Of a stretch of 64,000 nucleotides of DNA, positions 46,793-56,201 are shown piece by piece. The notes under the pieces were generated by a model. The model made no database searches, was not told the DNA's origin, and was given only the letters and a program-made list of their open reading frames with translations. The stretch is from a virus, in the IMG/VR virus record IMGVR_UViG_3300045988_065571; one strand, written 5' to 3'. The position numbers were made by a program, and so were the translations under genes. Each line of letters opens with the position of its first letter. Within the stretch, counting starts at the first letter, position 1.

Positions 46793-47321
46793 TATACCAG
46801 GTTTAGAAGGTTATTATATAAGTAGATTAGGTACTTTATGGAGCAGATATCATAAATCTGGTAAATTAACTCATAGTGAATGGCATAAAGTAAAACCAAA
46901 TCATAATCAAAAAGGATATCTTTTTGTTCAGAAAAAGGGTAAATGTTGGTATTTACATAGGTTAGTAGCTTTAGCTTGGATACCTAATCCAAATAATTAT
47001 CCAATAGTATGTCATAAAGATAATGTAGTAACTCATAATTGGTATAAGAATCTTTATTGGGGAACACAGAAAGATAATATGCAACAATGTATTAGAGATG
47101 GGAGAACTCTCAAGGGAAATAAAAACCCAATGTATGGTATATCTAGGAGAGGTGCTGCTAATCCAAATGCTAAATTATCTAAAGCTCAAAGAAGAGAAAT
47201 TAGATTTAGATATGAATCTAGGGAAAAGATTTGTAGATTAGCTAACGAATTCAAGGTATCAAGATTGACCATAAGAAGGATTGTAAACCCTAGCTTAAGA
47301 TCTTTCAATAGATTAGTATAA
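46779..47321 (+). mobile_element. free-standing HNH homing endonuclease, paralog of 20566..21081
   Basis: IPGLEGYYISRLGTLWS, HKDNVVTHNWYKNLYWGTQKDNMQQ, C-terminal HTH (KVSRLTIRRIV). Same architecture as the first copy. Confidence 0.8.
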
Positions 47322-47332
47322 TCCACTACCCA

Positions 47333-47375
47333 CCTCAGCATTATTTGCATATTATATATAAAATTTATATATTTG
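47333..47375 (+). promoter_or_regulatory. early promoter cassette P47
   Basis: CCTCAGC 47333-47339, -33 TTTG 47344-47347, 20-nt spacer, -7 TATATTTG 47368-47375, ATG 47400. Confidence 0.7.
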
Positions 47376-47399
47376 TATAACGAAATAAATAATTAAAAA

Positions 47400-47762
47400 A
47401 TGGATGCAGAAACCAAGACGGTTATTAAGAACATTGCCCAAATCCAAGTTGAGGCACTAACTCATATCTCTAAAAATTTAGAGGATACAGACCATTACCT
47501 TCTTAAAAAACTTCTTCAGATTGAAGAGGGAGAAATAAGAGGAGTATTAGATAATATGATAAAACTCTATTCAGATATGATAGAATATCCTCAACTTATA
47601 AAAACTCTTACAGAGTATCAATTATACGTCTGCTCTCATATCCTATGGAAAATGGAGGAAGAATGGATAACAGATAATTCTCAAGGAGTTTTGGGAGCAT
47701 GGGCAATCATTCAAAAATATACCAACGTATTACATCCGGAGTTAACACTTTTAAAACTTTAA
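47400..47762 (+). CDS. hypothetical early protein
   Basis: 120-aa ORF 25 nt downstream of the promoter -7 box. Confidence 0.65.
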   Translation: MDAETKTVIKNIAQIQVEALTHISKNLEDTDHYLLKKLLQIEEGEIRGVLDNMIKLYSDMIEYPQLIKTLTEYQLYVCSHILWKMEEEWITDNSQGVLGAWAIIQKYTNVLHPELTLLKL

Positions 47763-47765
47763 ATT

Positions 47766-48032
47766 ATGGACAGAGAAGAATATCTTGAATCAGTTACCAT
47801 GAATACTGGTATTAAAATGAATCCAGTAGAATCTTCTAATATAGAAGGTATTGGGTATGACAACAAAAACAAACACTTATGGGTTGCTTTTAAGGGCAAC
47901 AAAGTTTACCGGTATGACTTAGTTCCCAGAAAAACTTTCGAAGAACTAATGAATGCCGAATCTAAAGGGAGATATCTTAATTCTCATATCAAGGGACAAT
48001 ATGAAGCTACAGGATATGAACTCAAAAACTAA
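47766..48032 (+). CDS. KTSC-domain protein
   Basis: VESSNIEGIGYDNKNKHLWVAFKGNKVYRYDLVPRKTFEELMNAESKGRYLNSHIKGQY matches the KTSC domain pattern. Confidence 0.75.
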   Translation: MDREEYLESVTMNTGIKMNPVESSNIEGIGYDNKNKHLWVAFKGNKVYRYDLVPRKTFEELMNAESKGRYLNSHIKGQYEATGYELKN

Positions 48033-48615
48033 ACATATTATTTTTCCGTTTTCCATTCTGGGAGTTACTCTTTTGGGATTTACTATTGCCAACACCAATA
48101 GTACCCGGAGGGTAACTCCTCCTTATGTAAAGGAGAGTAGAGAAGATTCTATTAGAAATGTAAAACGGTATGAGGAAAGCAAAAGAAGAGATTCTATATT
48201 CTTTGCTAAAGTAGATTCTATAAAGAAACTAAGAGATTCACTTAGTAATCGAAGATTATACCAATATGCTTTCCTAGTAAGAGTTACTCCAGATAATATA
48301 ATATTTACCGCAAGGAAATCTGGTTATCAACAAGTAACTTTAGATGCTCATTATACTAAACCCAGAGTATATTACCAAGTATTCACTTCCGATAAACCTT
48401 TATCACCAGAGGAAGCTTCTGCTTATGCTGAAAAATATGAACATGATCCCAGTAAGGTAACTATATTAACCGTAGAACAGTATAATCAGAGATATGGTAA
48501 ATCTTCATCTATTTCAGAATATGATATCTTTACTGAAGGCCTAGATTCCTACTATGATGATCCTGAAAACCTAGATGAGAACCCAGATGAAATCTTTGAT
48601 TTCCTACTCGACTAG
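48016..48615 (+). CDS. membrane-anchored hypothetical protein
   Basis: N-terminal TM IIFPFSILGVTLLGFTIA. ATG 48016 gives a 17-nt overlap, preferred over the listed 47953. Confidence 0.55.
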   Translation: MNSKTKHIIFPFSILGVTLLGFTIANTNSTRRVTPPYVKESREDSIRNVKRYEESKRRDSIFFAKVDSIKKLRDSLSNRRLYQYAFLVRVTPDNIIFTARKSGYQQVTLDAHYTKPRVYYQVFTSDKPLSPEEASAYAEKYEHDPSKVTILTVEQYNQRYGKSSSISEYDIFTEGLDSYYDDPENLDENPDEIFDFLLD

Positions 48616-48619
48616 GGAT

Positions 48620-48682
48620 CCTCAGCTATTGATAAAATAAATTAGAATTATTTTTTTATTTAAAATATTGTTCTTATATTTG
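48620..48682 (+). promoter_or_regulatory. early promoter cassette P48
   Basis: ATCCTCAGCT at 48618-48627. -7 TATATTTG at 48675-48682 inside a 26-nt block identical to 57526-57551. Confidence 0.65.
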
Positions 48683-48724
48683 CATAGAGAAATTAATTAA
48701 GTAACATTTTTAAATTAGTCAATT

Positions 48725-49174
48725 ATGAAAAAAGTAAATTTGAACAAGGTAACCGAGTTAATTAACAACCAAGTATCTAACTCATTGAAGGAAGTTAAGG
48801 CTTCTAAAACACAAAAGCCAAAAGAAACTAAAGAATCTAAGGCTAAGGAAGAACCCAAAGCAAAATTGGTAAAAACCACTACCAAGAAAGCTTCTACTAA
48901 AAAGGAAGAAGTTGTCAAGGAAGTTGCCAAACAACAGAAACCCAATATCATCGAACAAGTGATCTCCAATCGGGAAGTGAAATACATTTACCCAGATGAT
49001 GTTACTGATACTCTTTCAAGAAAGAAATGGAGACAACAAACCCGTAATGAACTTCGTAAATTGGAAAGGGAAATGCTCCGAATCCAAGATCACAATTCTA
49101 AAGAATACAAGTCTGCCCAAAATAAATATATTACCTTCCAGAAAAAAGTACTGAAGGTAGATGAAGCAGTATAA
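48725..49174 (+). CDS. lysine-rich protein
   Basis: 149 aa. The N-terminal half contains KTQKPKETKESKAKEEPKAKLVKTTTKKASTKKEE. Confidence 0.65.
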   Translation: MKKVNLNKVTELINNQVSNSLKEVKASKTQKPKETKESKAKEEPKAKLVKTTTKKASTKKEEVVKEVAKQQKPNIIEQVISNREVKYIYPDDVTDTLSRKKWRQQTRNELRKLEREMLRIQDHNSKEYKSAQNKYITFQKKVLKVDEAV

Positions 49175-49192
49175 TTAATCCTTTGTTAACCC

Positions 49193-49248
49193 GGGACTGG
49201 GAACACATTAGTTTGCTATTTTCAAATTCCCAGTCCCATATTTATTTT
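49193..49248 (+). terminator. long-loop hairpin terminator candidate
   Basis: 11-bp stem GGGACTGGGAA/TTCCCAGTCCC, 23-nt loop, then ATATTTATTTT. Confidence 0.45.
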
Positions 49249-49252
49249 GGTT

Positions 49253-49603
49253 ATGGACTATCGAATATTCTCCGATAAGGAGATGGAAAAACAGGAAAAG
49301 GACATGGTAGAACTTCACAAGAGATGTGTAAAGAATTACCTTGTTCAAAGATCTCTCAAACATGGAAAGATTAAAAAATTCTTTATCGTATACGATTATT
49401 ACCTAGGCACTGAGAATATAAGGAATTACTTTTTCAGGCCTATAGATATGTTCGTAAGGTTTTTATTGTTGGGTAAACTTGAAGAAATAGAAGATTATGT
49501 CAAAGCTGATTCTAGAAAGAAGAAAAGAAAACATAAGAGAAATAAAAGTATGGTATCTTCAGAGTCAAAAACTATACGAAGAAAAAATGGTAGAGATAAA
49601 TAA
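49253..49603 (+). CDS. hypothetical protein
   Basis: The first ATG follows the TTG listed at 49247. Basic C-terminus. Confidence 0.55.
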   Translation: MDYRIFSDKEMEKQEKDMVELHKRCVKNYLVQRSLKHGKIKKFFIVYDYYLGTENIRNYFFRPIDMFVRFLLLGKLEEIEDYVKADSRKKKRKHKRNKSMVSSESKTIRRKNGRDK

Positions 49604-49820
49604 GACCAGCAAGGTATTATTTTCTGGGCCAGTATCTTCTATGGTTGCTTGTTGGAGAAATGCCTTGCTCTTAGTAAGAAGATCTTATAGGATATCGAAA
49701 GATTCTAGAATTTCTTTAAGAAACCTTCAACATAATACTAGGGATATTAATGCAGTAAATGACTTAGAATTAGGTCAAGGTGTCAAATTTATAATCATTG
49801 AATTATGTTTCGAGAAATAG
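49587..49820 (+). CDS. hypothetical protein
   Basis: The internal ATG (MVEINKT) gives a 17-nt overlap, against 107 nt for the listed start 49497. Confidence 0.45.
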   Translation: MVEINKTSKVLFSGPVSSMVACWRNALLLVRRSYRISKDSRISLRNLQHNTRDINAVNDLELGQGVKFIIIELCFEK

Positions 49821-50158
49821 TAAAAGATGTATATATCGGTAAATCACAACTGGGGATCTGGGTAAATGGGAAAAGGGTCCCCAAAGAAACTCTGGTAAAG
49901 GATATTGCCTTACCAACCTTACTGGGAAATAAATTGCCAGATTATGGTACCATAGGAAATTTTACCCAGTGGGAATTCGAAGTTAACCCAGGAGGCAATC
50001 ACAAATTATTTATCACAGGTATACCCAAGAAAACTTATGACTTGGACTTATACCGATTAAAAGGGAGATTATGGTCATCCTATTACGAGGATGATAAAAG
50101 GGGATACTTATTTCAGGTATTACCCTATGATGTTAAACACCTAGAAACAGAGATATAA
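49805..50158 (+). CDS. hypothetical protein
   Basis: 117-aa ORF in the + strand array. Confidence 0.6.
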   Translation: MFREIVKDVYIGKSQLGIWVNGKRVPKETLVKDIALPTLLGNKLPDYGTIGNFTQWEFEVNPGGNHKLFITGIPKKTYDLDLYRLKGRLWSSYYEDDKRGYLFQVLPYDVKHLETEI

Positions 50159-50162
50159 TATA

Positions 50163-50558
50163 ATGGAAACAAAAGATTACGTAAAGATATTTAGACTAGA
50201 TCAAGAGAACTTCCAATTTAATAGAGGAGAGTTTATGAATAAATTGGGAGAAGATTTACTAGAGATGTGCCAGAATATGCAAAAGATAAACCCAGCAACT
50301 GGTCACATATATTATTCAGATTTTAAAAAGGTAGTAAAACACTTCGAGGATAAATTTAATGAAATCAGTCGGCAAAGTATAAGACCTTTATCCCAGAATT
50401 TATGGAAGGCATTCTTTGCAACTCAGGTAGTGCCCCTAAGAAAACTCTGGTACCCAGAAACACAAAAAAGGATAGAGGAAATGAAAAATAACTCTAGTGA
50501 ACAAGACAAAAAATCCTCGAGAGGTAAAAAAGGCAATTATGGCAAAGGAAATCGTTGA
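50163..50558 (+). CDS. hypothetical protein
   Basis: 131-aa ORF in the + strand array. Confidence 0.6.
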   Translation: METKDYVKIFRLDQENFQFNRGEFMNKLGEDLLEMCQNMQKINPATGHIYYSDFKKVVKHFEDKFNEISRQSIRPLSQNLWKAFFATQVVPLRKLWYPETQKRIEEMKNNSSEQDKKSSRGKKGNYGKGNR

Positions 50559-50844
50559 CCTTCATGGCAATATTTTTAAGGTAATTAAAGGTTGGGAATT
50601 TTATAACAAGGTTCCCAACCTTGAAGGGAATTATACCTGGATATTTACTAGGGATAGGATTACCGATACTCAATTCATTTTGGCTTTAAATGAAGAACTC
50701 AATATAGCAGTTGGTTATTGGTATTCTAATATTTATCAACTATACGTAGCTCGTCCTCTTAAAAGGATTGGATACGATGAATCTAAGGATATAAGAAAAG
50801 AATATTTGTATAATGGCAAAAGACAACATAAAAAGATTTCCTAG
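50539..50844 (+). CDS. hypothetical protein
   Basis: ATG 50539 (MAKEIV, context TTATGGC typical here) is preferred over the listed 50497. Confidence 0.5.
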   Translation: MAKEIVDLHGNIFKVIKGWEFYNKVPNLEGNYTWIFTRDRITDTQFILALNEELNIAVGYWYSNIYQLYVARPLKRIGYDESKDIRKEYLYNGKRQHKKIS

Positions 50845-51721
50845 ACCTATGGGAACTACTGCAATGGCAGCAGAATACCAAAAGAGTCAGAATCTTGAAG
50901 ATTTACAAAAGGTATACAACTACATTATCAATCACTGGTTGATGGGTAATGGCATGTTATGTGGGATTATGTATGATATTAATACCTTCTCAACAAAGAC
51001 AGGTATAGATATCAATTACATACGAGTATTTATGAGAGATAGATTATTGCAATCTAAGCTTTGGGATAAAGAAAGACAGGAAGAAATGCTACAAGCTCTA
51101 TTGGGAGAACAAGTAGCATGGGCTTTAGAGGATAGAATGGAAATCTCCCATCAGGTAAATATCCTAAGAGAATCTCAGGGAGGACATTATACTCCATTCA
51201 TATCTGCTGAATTGAATAAGGCTCTTAAGATGAAACTAGATTCTTCTACTTCATTGCAATCCATCATACGTACATTTATGGGTGGAGGAACTACCAATAT
51301 CTTTAATCAATTTGGAGATACCCAGAATAATCAATTGAATCAGAACCAAGGTATATCAATAGAGGAAGCCAGAAAGATTATCCTAGAATCTCAAAAGATA
51401 ATGGACAAGCCACAGGAAGCCAAATTATTGGCAGATCACTATGATTTATCTTCTTTACCCGAGGTAGTTGCTACTAAGCAAGAAGGAATTGATACTACCA
51501 AAGAGGGCCTTACTTTGAATACTGCAGAGATGAGGCAAATTACCGATGATTACAAGGGAGCTATGGAACTCTCTTCAAGAGAACACCATGAATTAAGAAG
51601 AGAGATAGAAGCTAACATAGATCCCGAGGATCCAGACCCAGAGATAGATATGTATTTAGATGAAGAGCAATATGAAGAAAAAGAGCCTACATCAATAGCT
51701 GAACAATTCCTCAACAGGTAA
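50813..51721 (+). CDS. hypothetical protein
   Basis: 302-aa ORF with an acidic C-terminus. The alternative start is ATG 50849. Confidence 0.6.
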   Translation: MAKDNIKRFPRPMGTTAMAAEYQKSQNLEDLQKVYNYIINHWLMGNGMLCGIMYDINTFSTKTGIDINYIRVFMRDRLLQSKLWDKERQEEMLQALLGEQVAWALEDRMEISHQVNILRESQGGHYTPFISAELNKALKMKLDSSTSLQSIIRTFMGGGTTNIFNQFGDTQNNQLNQNQGISIEEARKIILESQKIMDKPQEAKLLADHYDLSSLPEVVATKQEGIDTTKEGLTLNTAEMRQITDDYKGAMELSSREHHELRREIEANIDPEDPDPEIDMYLDEEQYEEKEPTSIAEQFLNR

Positions 51722-51730
51722 TCGAGGTTT

Positions 51731-51762
51731 ATTGCATAATTAATTTATTATTCTTAAATTTG
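51731..51762 (+). promoter_or_regulatory. early promoter P51
   Basis: ATTGCAT (-33 TTG 51732-51734), 20-nt spacer, -7 TAAATTTG 51755-51762 (TTTGCAT). ATG 51788. Confidence 0.6.
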
Positions 51763-51787
51763 CATCAAATAAATAAATAATAAGATT

Positions 51788-51982
51788 ATGGATAAAACCA
51801 CATTAAAACAGCTTAAACCAGGTACACTATTCAGATTAAAAGATTCTGAATCTAGTCCAGTATGGGTAAGAGATCATTATGATAGGTCTTCTAAAACTTA
51901 TGCTTGTCATAAATACGAAGACTACAATCATGAAGCTTTCTTCAAAGGAACCAGAACAGTATTCATTAATTTTACATATTAG
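51788..51982 (+). CDS. hypothetical protein
   Basis: 64-aa ORF downstream of the promoter. Confidence 0.55.
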   Translation: MDKTTLKQLKPGTLFRLKDSESSPVWVRDHYDRSSKTYACHKYEDYNHEAFFKGTRTVFINFTY

Positions 51983-51987
51983 ACATT

Positions 51988-52665
51988 ATGAACATCAAAA
52001 ACCTATTCAACAGATTTCGTAAATCAAAGGAATCAGAGTTAAGCTATTCTCTGAATCTCATCTACCTAGAAGATACTAGGGTAGTATTTAACCAGAATAT
52101 ACAATGTGCTAAAGACCTAGAGAATTACCTATCTGCTTATATGAGACTCTTTGGTATGTATTCAGATAAACCCTATGTACTAATCTATCAGGAATACAAA
52201 AACAGATATTGGGTATATGACAAAGAACCTTACCTATTATACTATAAGGTACCACTTATAGTTAACCTCAGTAGAAAGCTATCAGGGAAATCAGACATGG
52301 TAATAACCAAAGAAAAATACCAAGCTGCTAAGGATTTAGTTCCAGCCCATGAAGTATCTGATAGATTCAAGATACCAGAATATATTACGGGAGTCTTTAC
52401 AGATATCTGGTATAAATGCCAAGGATATATGGATACGGACCATGTTGGTTTAGAGGAGATACTGGAATTGATGCAACATAATTGGTTAAAGGAATTCGAA
52501 TTATTAGTATTCAAAAGGAATTACGATACAGATATGTTATTCCTTAATCATTCTCTTACCTATATCTTGGACCAGACAGAAGAAGAGGGCCGAAGAATAT
52601 GTATTCAAAACATTATCGAACGTAACATAAATCAAGAAAATCAAGATGAAAACGAAACAATTTAA
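51988..52665 (+). CDS. hypothetical protein
   Basis: 225-aa ORF. Confidence 0.6.
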   Translation: MNIKNLFNRFRKSKESELSYSLNLIYLEDTRVVFNQNIQCAKDLENYLSAYMRLFGMYSDKPYVLIYQEYKNRYWVYDKEPYLLYYKVPLIVNLSRKLSGKSDMVITKEKYQAAKDLVPAHEVSDRFKIPEYITGVFTDIWYKCQGYMDTDHVGLEEILELMQHNWLKEFELLVFKRNYDTDMLFLNHSLTYILDQTEEEGRRICIQNIIERNINQENQDENETI

Positions 52666-52951
52666 CGTAAGCCAGTCTAGAATATATCCAGATATCAGGG
52701 ATAAATATCTGGATTATATGGGAGAACAATATAATATGTTCATTTCGGATGATACTCTAAAGAATGATCTCAGAGAAATCCTTCGAAAGGGTACTAATAA
52801 AACCATCCATTTCAATATTCTAGAAAAGAACTCAGATCTCTTGGTATTTGAAACCTCTGAATACAGTACTCTATTAGAGTTCACTAACCATTATCTCTGG
52901 ATATTCAGGCTAGTAAACGATAAATGGAATTTAATCCGATACAGAGTATAA
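52646..52951 (+). CDS. hypothetical protein
   Basis: 101-aa ORF with a 20-nt overlap on the upstream gene. Confidence 0.55.
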   Translation: MKTKQFNVSQSRIYPDIRDKYLDYMGEQYNMFISDDTLKNDLREILRKGTNKTIHFNILEKNSDLLVFETSEYSTLLEFTNHYLWIFRLVNDKWNLIRYRV

Positions 52952-52955
52952 ATTC

Positions 52956-52982
52956 GAAAGGCAGACTAACCATCTGCCTTTC
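52956..52982 (+). terminator. hairpin terminator
   Basis: 10-bp stem GAAAGGCAGA/TCTGCCTTTC, 7-nt loop, 5 nt after the stop codon. Confidence 0.5.
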
Positions 52983-52999
52983 ATAGCGTTTACACCTAT

Positions 53000-53052
53000 C
53001 CTCAGCTTAGTATTCCAGAATTTGCATATATAAAATAAAGTAGTTATATTTG
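53000..53052 (+). promoter_or_regulatory. early promoter cassette P53
   Basis: CCTCAGC 53000-53006, N14, TTTGCATAT (-33 53021-53024), 20-nt spacer, -7 TATATTTG 53045-53052. Confidence 0.75.
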
Positions 53053-53093
53053 CATAAGAAAAATAATTAATAACATTTTAAAATTTTAGACTT

Positions 53094-53453
53094 ATGAAAA
53101 ATAATGAAACCTTCCAAACCACACAACATCTAGACAAGTTAGTTACTAACCTAGGTCTTCAAATCCAAGAATTATTTTCCTTAGACTTAGAGGAAATCCT
53201 AGATTACAGCAACAATCTAATGAATCTATTAGTTAATGCTTACGTTGAAAATCAATGCTTAGCATTATCTGCAATGATATCTAAACAGGACGGATTTGCA
53301 ATATACTCTTTCTTATTTCAAACTCCTGATACTTCTAACGGTGCTGCAGATGCTCTGGTAAATTTTGCCATGAACTTTACTGATGGAGAAGCTAATATCA
53401 AATCTATCAACAGAATATCTTCAAACATAATGCAAATCACCTTTACAGTATGA
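53094..53453 (+). CDS. hypothetical early protein
   Basis: 119-aa ORF preceded by the conserved leader TTTAAAATTTTAGACTTATG. Confidence 0.65.
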   Translation: MKNNETFQTTQHLDKLVTNLGLQIQELFSLDLEEILDYSNNLMNLLVNAYVENQCLALSAMISKQDGFAIYSFLFQTPDTSNGAADALVNFAMNFTDGEANIKSINRISSNIMQITFTV

Positions 53454-53764
53454 CACCCATAAGAAGAATCTTAAACATGGTACAATTTGATCTAGCCGAG
53501 AAATTAAACTTGGCTAGATTAAGATGGTATCATTTGAATCATCAGGACCAATACCTTCAATCAGTAATCTATGGTAATCCTGATAATTGTACCTTGTTCA
53601 GACTAAGGAAAGTACTTACTAATTTGCTTAGAGCTAACTTCTTAAGTTACTACATATTAGCAGATACTCCTGAATCTCTATCTATTTCAATACAAGGTAA
53701 TGCTATCATTACATTTGTGATAACTAAAGACAATTACATAACTTTTACAATAACGAAATTATGA
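53450..53764 (+). CDS. hypothetical protein
   Basis: 104-aa ORF with an ATGA overlap. Confidence 0.6.
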   Translation: MTPIRRILNMVQFDLAEKLNLARLRWYHLNHQDQYLQSVIYGNPDNCTLFRLRKVLTNLLRANFLSYYILADTPESLSISIQGNAIITFVITKDNYITFTITKL

Positions 53765-54057
53765 GCACAACTCCATACCCAGGTCCAGATGAAGTAATTA
53801 TACCATCTCGTATATATTTCGATGAAGGTAAGAGAATAGATGTTAAAGTATGGCCTAAGACCATTCAATTAACAGGTCCCACTAAGGATTTAAACAAGGT
53901 ATTCAAAACCCTTGAAGAATATGATGATTGGTGGCATCAGTTTAAGAAAAAGAATCCAGATGCCTTCCGTAAAGATGCGAAATATGTAAAATCCATTAAT
54001 GGCCTCTTCCTTATTCAGAAAAGGCTCTATCAGATACCCAATAGAAGCCTCAGCTAA
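53761..54057 (+). CDS. hypothetical protein
   Basis: 98-aa ORF. The CCTCAGC box of the next cassette is embedded in its last codons. Confidence 0.6.
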   Translation: MSTTPYPGPDEVIIPSRIYFDEGKRIDVKVWPKTIQLTGPTKDLNKVFKTLEEYDDWWHQFKKKNPDAFRKDAKYVKSINGLFLIQKRLYQIPNRSLS

Positions 54058-54101
54058 GTAATCAGGGATATTGCATATTTAAAAATAAAGTATTATATTT
54101 G
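54048..54101 (+). promoter_or_regulatory. early promoter cassette P54
   Basis: CCTCAGC 54048-54054, N15, ATTGCATAT (TTG 54071-54073), 20-nt spacer, -7 TATATTTG 54094-54101. Confidence 0.75.
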
Positions 54102-54145
54102 CATCAGAAAAAGAAATATATTATTCATTTAAAATTTAGGCAGTC

Positions 54146-54535
54146 ATGAACTTGAACAACATTACAACAGCCCTTAAAACCGGTATCACAATTTACCAAT
54201 ACGAACAATGGCAAAATACTGGTTCAGTCAACCTAATGCAAAAGGAATCCCACATGCTTTCCAAGGTTTGGCTTAAGACAAATATCTATAACCCAGATTC
54301 TTTGGATAAACCCTTTATCCAACTCTCTGCTACTTTTACTTTAGAATTCGATATCCAAGAATATAACGAATGGCTAAATGCTAATCAGTACAAGTTATAT
54401 CCATTGCTATTGGATATTCTTAAGATATCACTAAAGGATAATTTCTACAATTACTCCAATGCTTCTAATATTCATTACGAAGGAGGGAAATTCCCAAGTA
54501 TGCTTACCATTCAATTATTTAACTTAGAATTCTAA
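54146..54535 (+). CDS. hypothetical early protein
   Basis: 129-aa ORF downstream of the promoter. Confidence 0.65.
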   Translation: MNLNNITTALKTGITIYQYEQWQNTGSVNLMQKESHMLSKVWLKTNIYNPDSLDKPFIQLSATFTLEFDIQEYNEWLNANQYKLYPLLLDILKISLKDNFYNYSNASNIHYEGGKFPSMLTIQLFNLEF

Positions 54536-54539
54536 TGTC

Positions 54540-54806
54540 ATGAAACTAACAATAACAACCCTAGTAATCATAGAAGGCCATTATATCCAAGGAATTTATC
54601 ATTCCTTGGAAGAGCATCCAGGTAAAGCTTACCAAGAACTGGTAGACCAAGTGGAAAACGAATATGGTTATGATGCCGATAAAGATCATGTACCATTACA
54701 TTTCAAAACTATCCAAGACATAGAGAATTACTTTGAACTTGTACACATAGAGACTCAAGAACTTACAGCAACCGGATTTAAAACAGCAATTTTAAAAGAA
54801 CTATAA
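54540..54806 (+). CDS. hypothetical protein
   Basis: 88-aa ORF. Confidence 0.6.
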   Translation: MKLTITTLVIIEGHYIQGIYHSLEEHPGKAYQELVDQVENEYGYDADKDHVPLHFKTIQDIENYFELVHIETQELTATGFKTAILKEL

Positions 54807-54807
54807 T

Positions 54808-55158
54808 ATGGAACCAATCATAACAATAAACGAATACCCAATCGGATGGGAATGGTTAGACAGAGTACCTTTAGAGGACTTTACCTGGCTAATCGAAATA
54901 TTTGCTACCATGACCGATGATATATGTACTTATGACTTTGCTACCTTCGATAAGGAAGCAACCGATGGAGAACCTCCCTATCCCGTAATCGAAATCAATC
55001 GAAGAGAGTTAGCCTACTTCATGTATGAGGACCAGGGATACGAATCAGGCATATCAATGTACGGTCATTATATAGCATGTAAATCCTTAGACATATTTTC
55101 AGAAGAAGAGTATATGAATCAATTAACTGACATAAAACTAATCTGTAACGAATTATGA
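54808..55158 (+). CDS. hypothetical protein
   Basis: 116-aa acidic ORF. Confidence 0.6.
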   Translation: MEPIITINEYPIGWEWLDRVPLEDFTWLIEIFATMTDDICTYDFATFDKEATDGEPPYPVIEINRRELAYFMYEDQGYESGISMYGHYIACKSLDIFSEEEYMNQLTDIKLICNEL

Positions 55159-55391
55159 GAACAGCATTATATTACATGGGACTAGGGCTTATCTTAGTCC
55201 TATTCCTTAATTCCTCTGGGCCTAACTTAGATACATTCATACCAGGCAATCCATGGGAACATTATTGCAAATATGAATTGCACAAGCATCCATTCCATAC
55301 TAATGAGAAGGAATATAACTATTTCCTTGATACTTTTACTAGCACAGATAAATATGAACAAATAATGGAGATATATGCTAACCCAAAGTAG
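55155..55391 (+). CDS. small membrane-anchored protein
   Basis: 78 aa with N-terminal TM ALYYMGLGLILVLFL. ATGA overlap. Confidence 0.55.
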   Translation: MRTALYYMGLGLILVLFLNSSGPNLDTFIPGNPWEHYCKYELHKHPFHTNEKEYNYFLDTFTSTDKYEQIMEIYANPK

Positions 55392-55659
55392 ATTTCTAAT
55401 TTCATATCAAATATTCGATAATATACAGGTAAATAATATCGGACAAACGCATGTACGTGAAATATTAAAGGATACCCAGGCCTTTACCATCAATTATCGA
55501 ACAGAACAAATAAGAGATTACCTCAGATATCCTGGAGAGGAACTGATACCAGAACATCTACATATGATTAATGCCTTGAAGGAAATCCAGAACTATTGGA
55601 ATCTTACTTCAGAAAAGGTTATCATAACAGATATTATACCTATTCCTCAGCCAGGATAA
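55375..55659 (+). CDS. hypothetical protein
   Basis: 94-aa ORF. A CCTCAGC box lies within its last codons. Confidence 0.55.
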   Translation: MLTQSRFLISYQIFDNIQVNNIGQTHVREILKDTQAFTINYRTEQIRDYLRYPGEELIPEHLHMINALKEIQNYWNLTSEKVIITDIIPIPQPG

Positions 55660-55697
55660 CCATGGTTTGCATATATAAAATAAATATATTACTTTTG
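55645..55697 (+). promoter_or_regulatory. early promoter cassette P55
   Basis: CCTCAGC 55645-55651, N14, TTTGCATAT (-33 55666-55669), 20-nt spacer, -7 TACTTTTG 55690-55697. Confidence 0.75.
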
Positions 55698-55738
55698 CAG
55701 AGTAAATTTAATTATTAACTATTTAAAATTTTAGACTT

Positions 55739-55969
55739 ATGAAAAATAATGAACTATTAAAAAAGTATGCCGGTATCTCAACCCGTATCCGCAGAATCTT
55801 TGCTTATCACTACGACCAAATCCAACGGGAAGTACAAACAGAAATTTCAACACTTACCCCAGAATTACAGGCACAATTCATGGACTTAGTCGTTGAATAC
55901 ATGGAAGAATCCATTAACTGGCCCGATCCCGATGACCAAGAAACATTCGAAAAACAATTACTCGGATAA
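55739..55969 (+). CDS. hypothetical early protein
   Basis: 76-aa ORF preceded by the leader TTTAAAATTTTAGACTTATG. Confidence 0.6.
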   Translation: MKNNELLKKYAGISTRIRRIFAYHYDQIQREVQTEISTLTPELQAQFMDLVVEYMEESINWPDPDDQETFEKQLLG

Positions 55970-55973
55970 TGCC

Positions 55974-56195
55974 ATGACAACAATTGCTTACATTATGAAT
56001 ACCTATCACATAGGTACTTATAACTTAGATATCAGGGATGTACTCAAATCCTATATTATTGCCAGATACTATGGATGGGAACCAAAAGAGGAAGACCTAG
56101 AGGAAATCATTTCCCATACAACCTATTTCGATATCAACATAGATGATGCTATCTATGAAGTCCTAACAATGCCAAGAGAAAAAATAACCCTTTAA
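55974..56195 (+). CDS. hypothetical protein
   Basis: ATG 55974 (MTTIAY) lies just after the upstream stop and is preferred over the listed 55893. Confidence 0.5.
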   Translation: MTTIAYIMNTYHIGTYNLDIRDVLKSYIIARYYGWEPKEEDLEEIISHTTYFDINIDDAIYEVLTMPREKITL

Positions 56196-56201
56196 AAAAC
56201 A

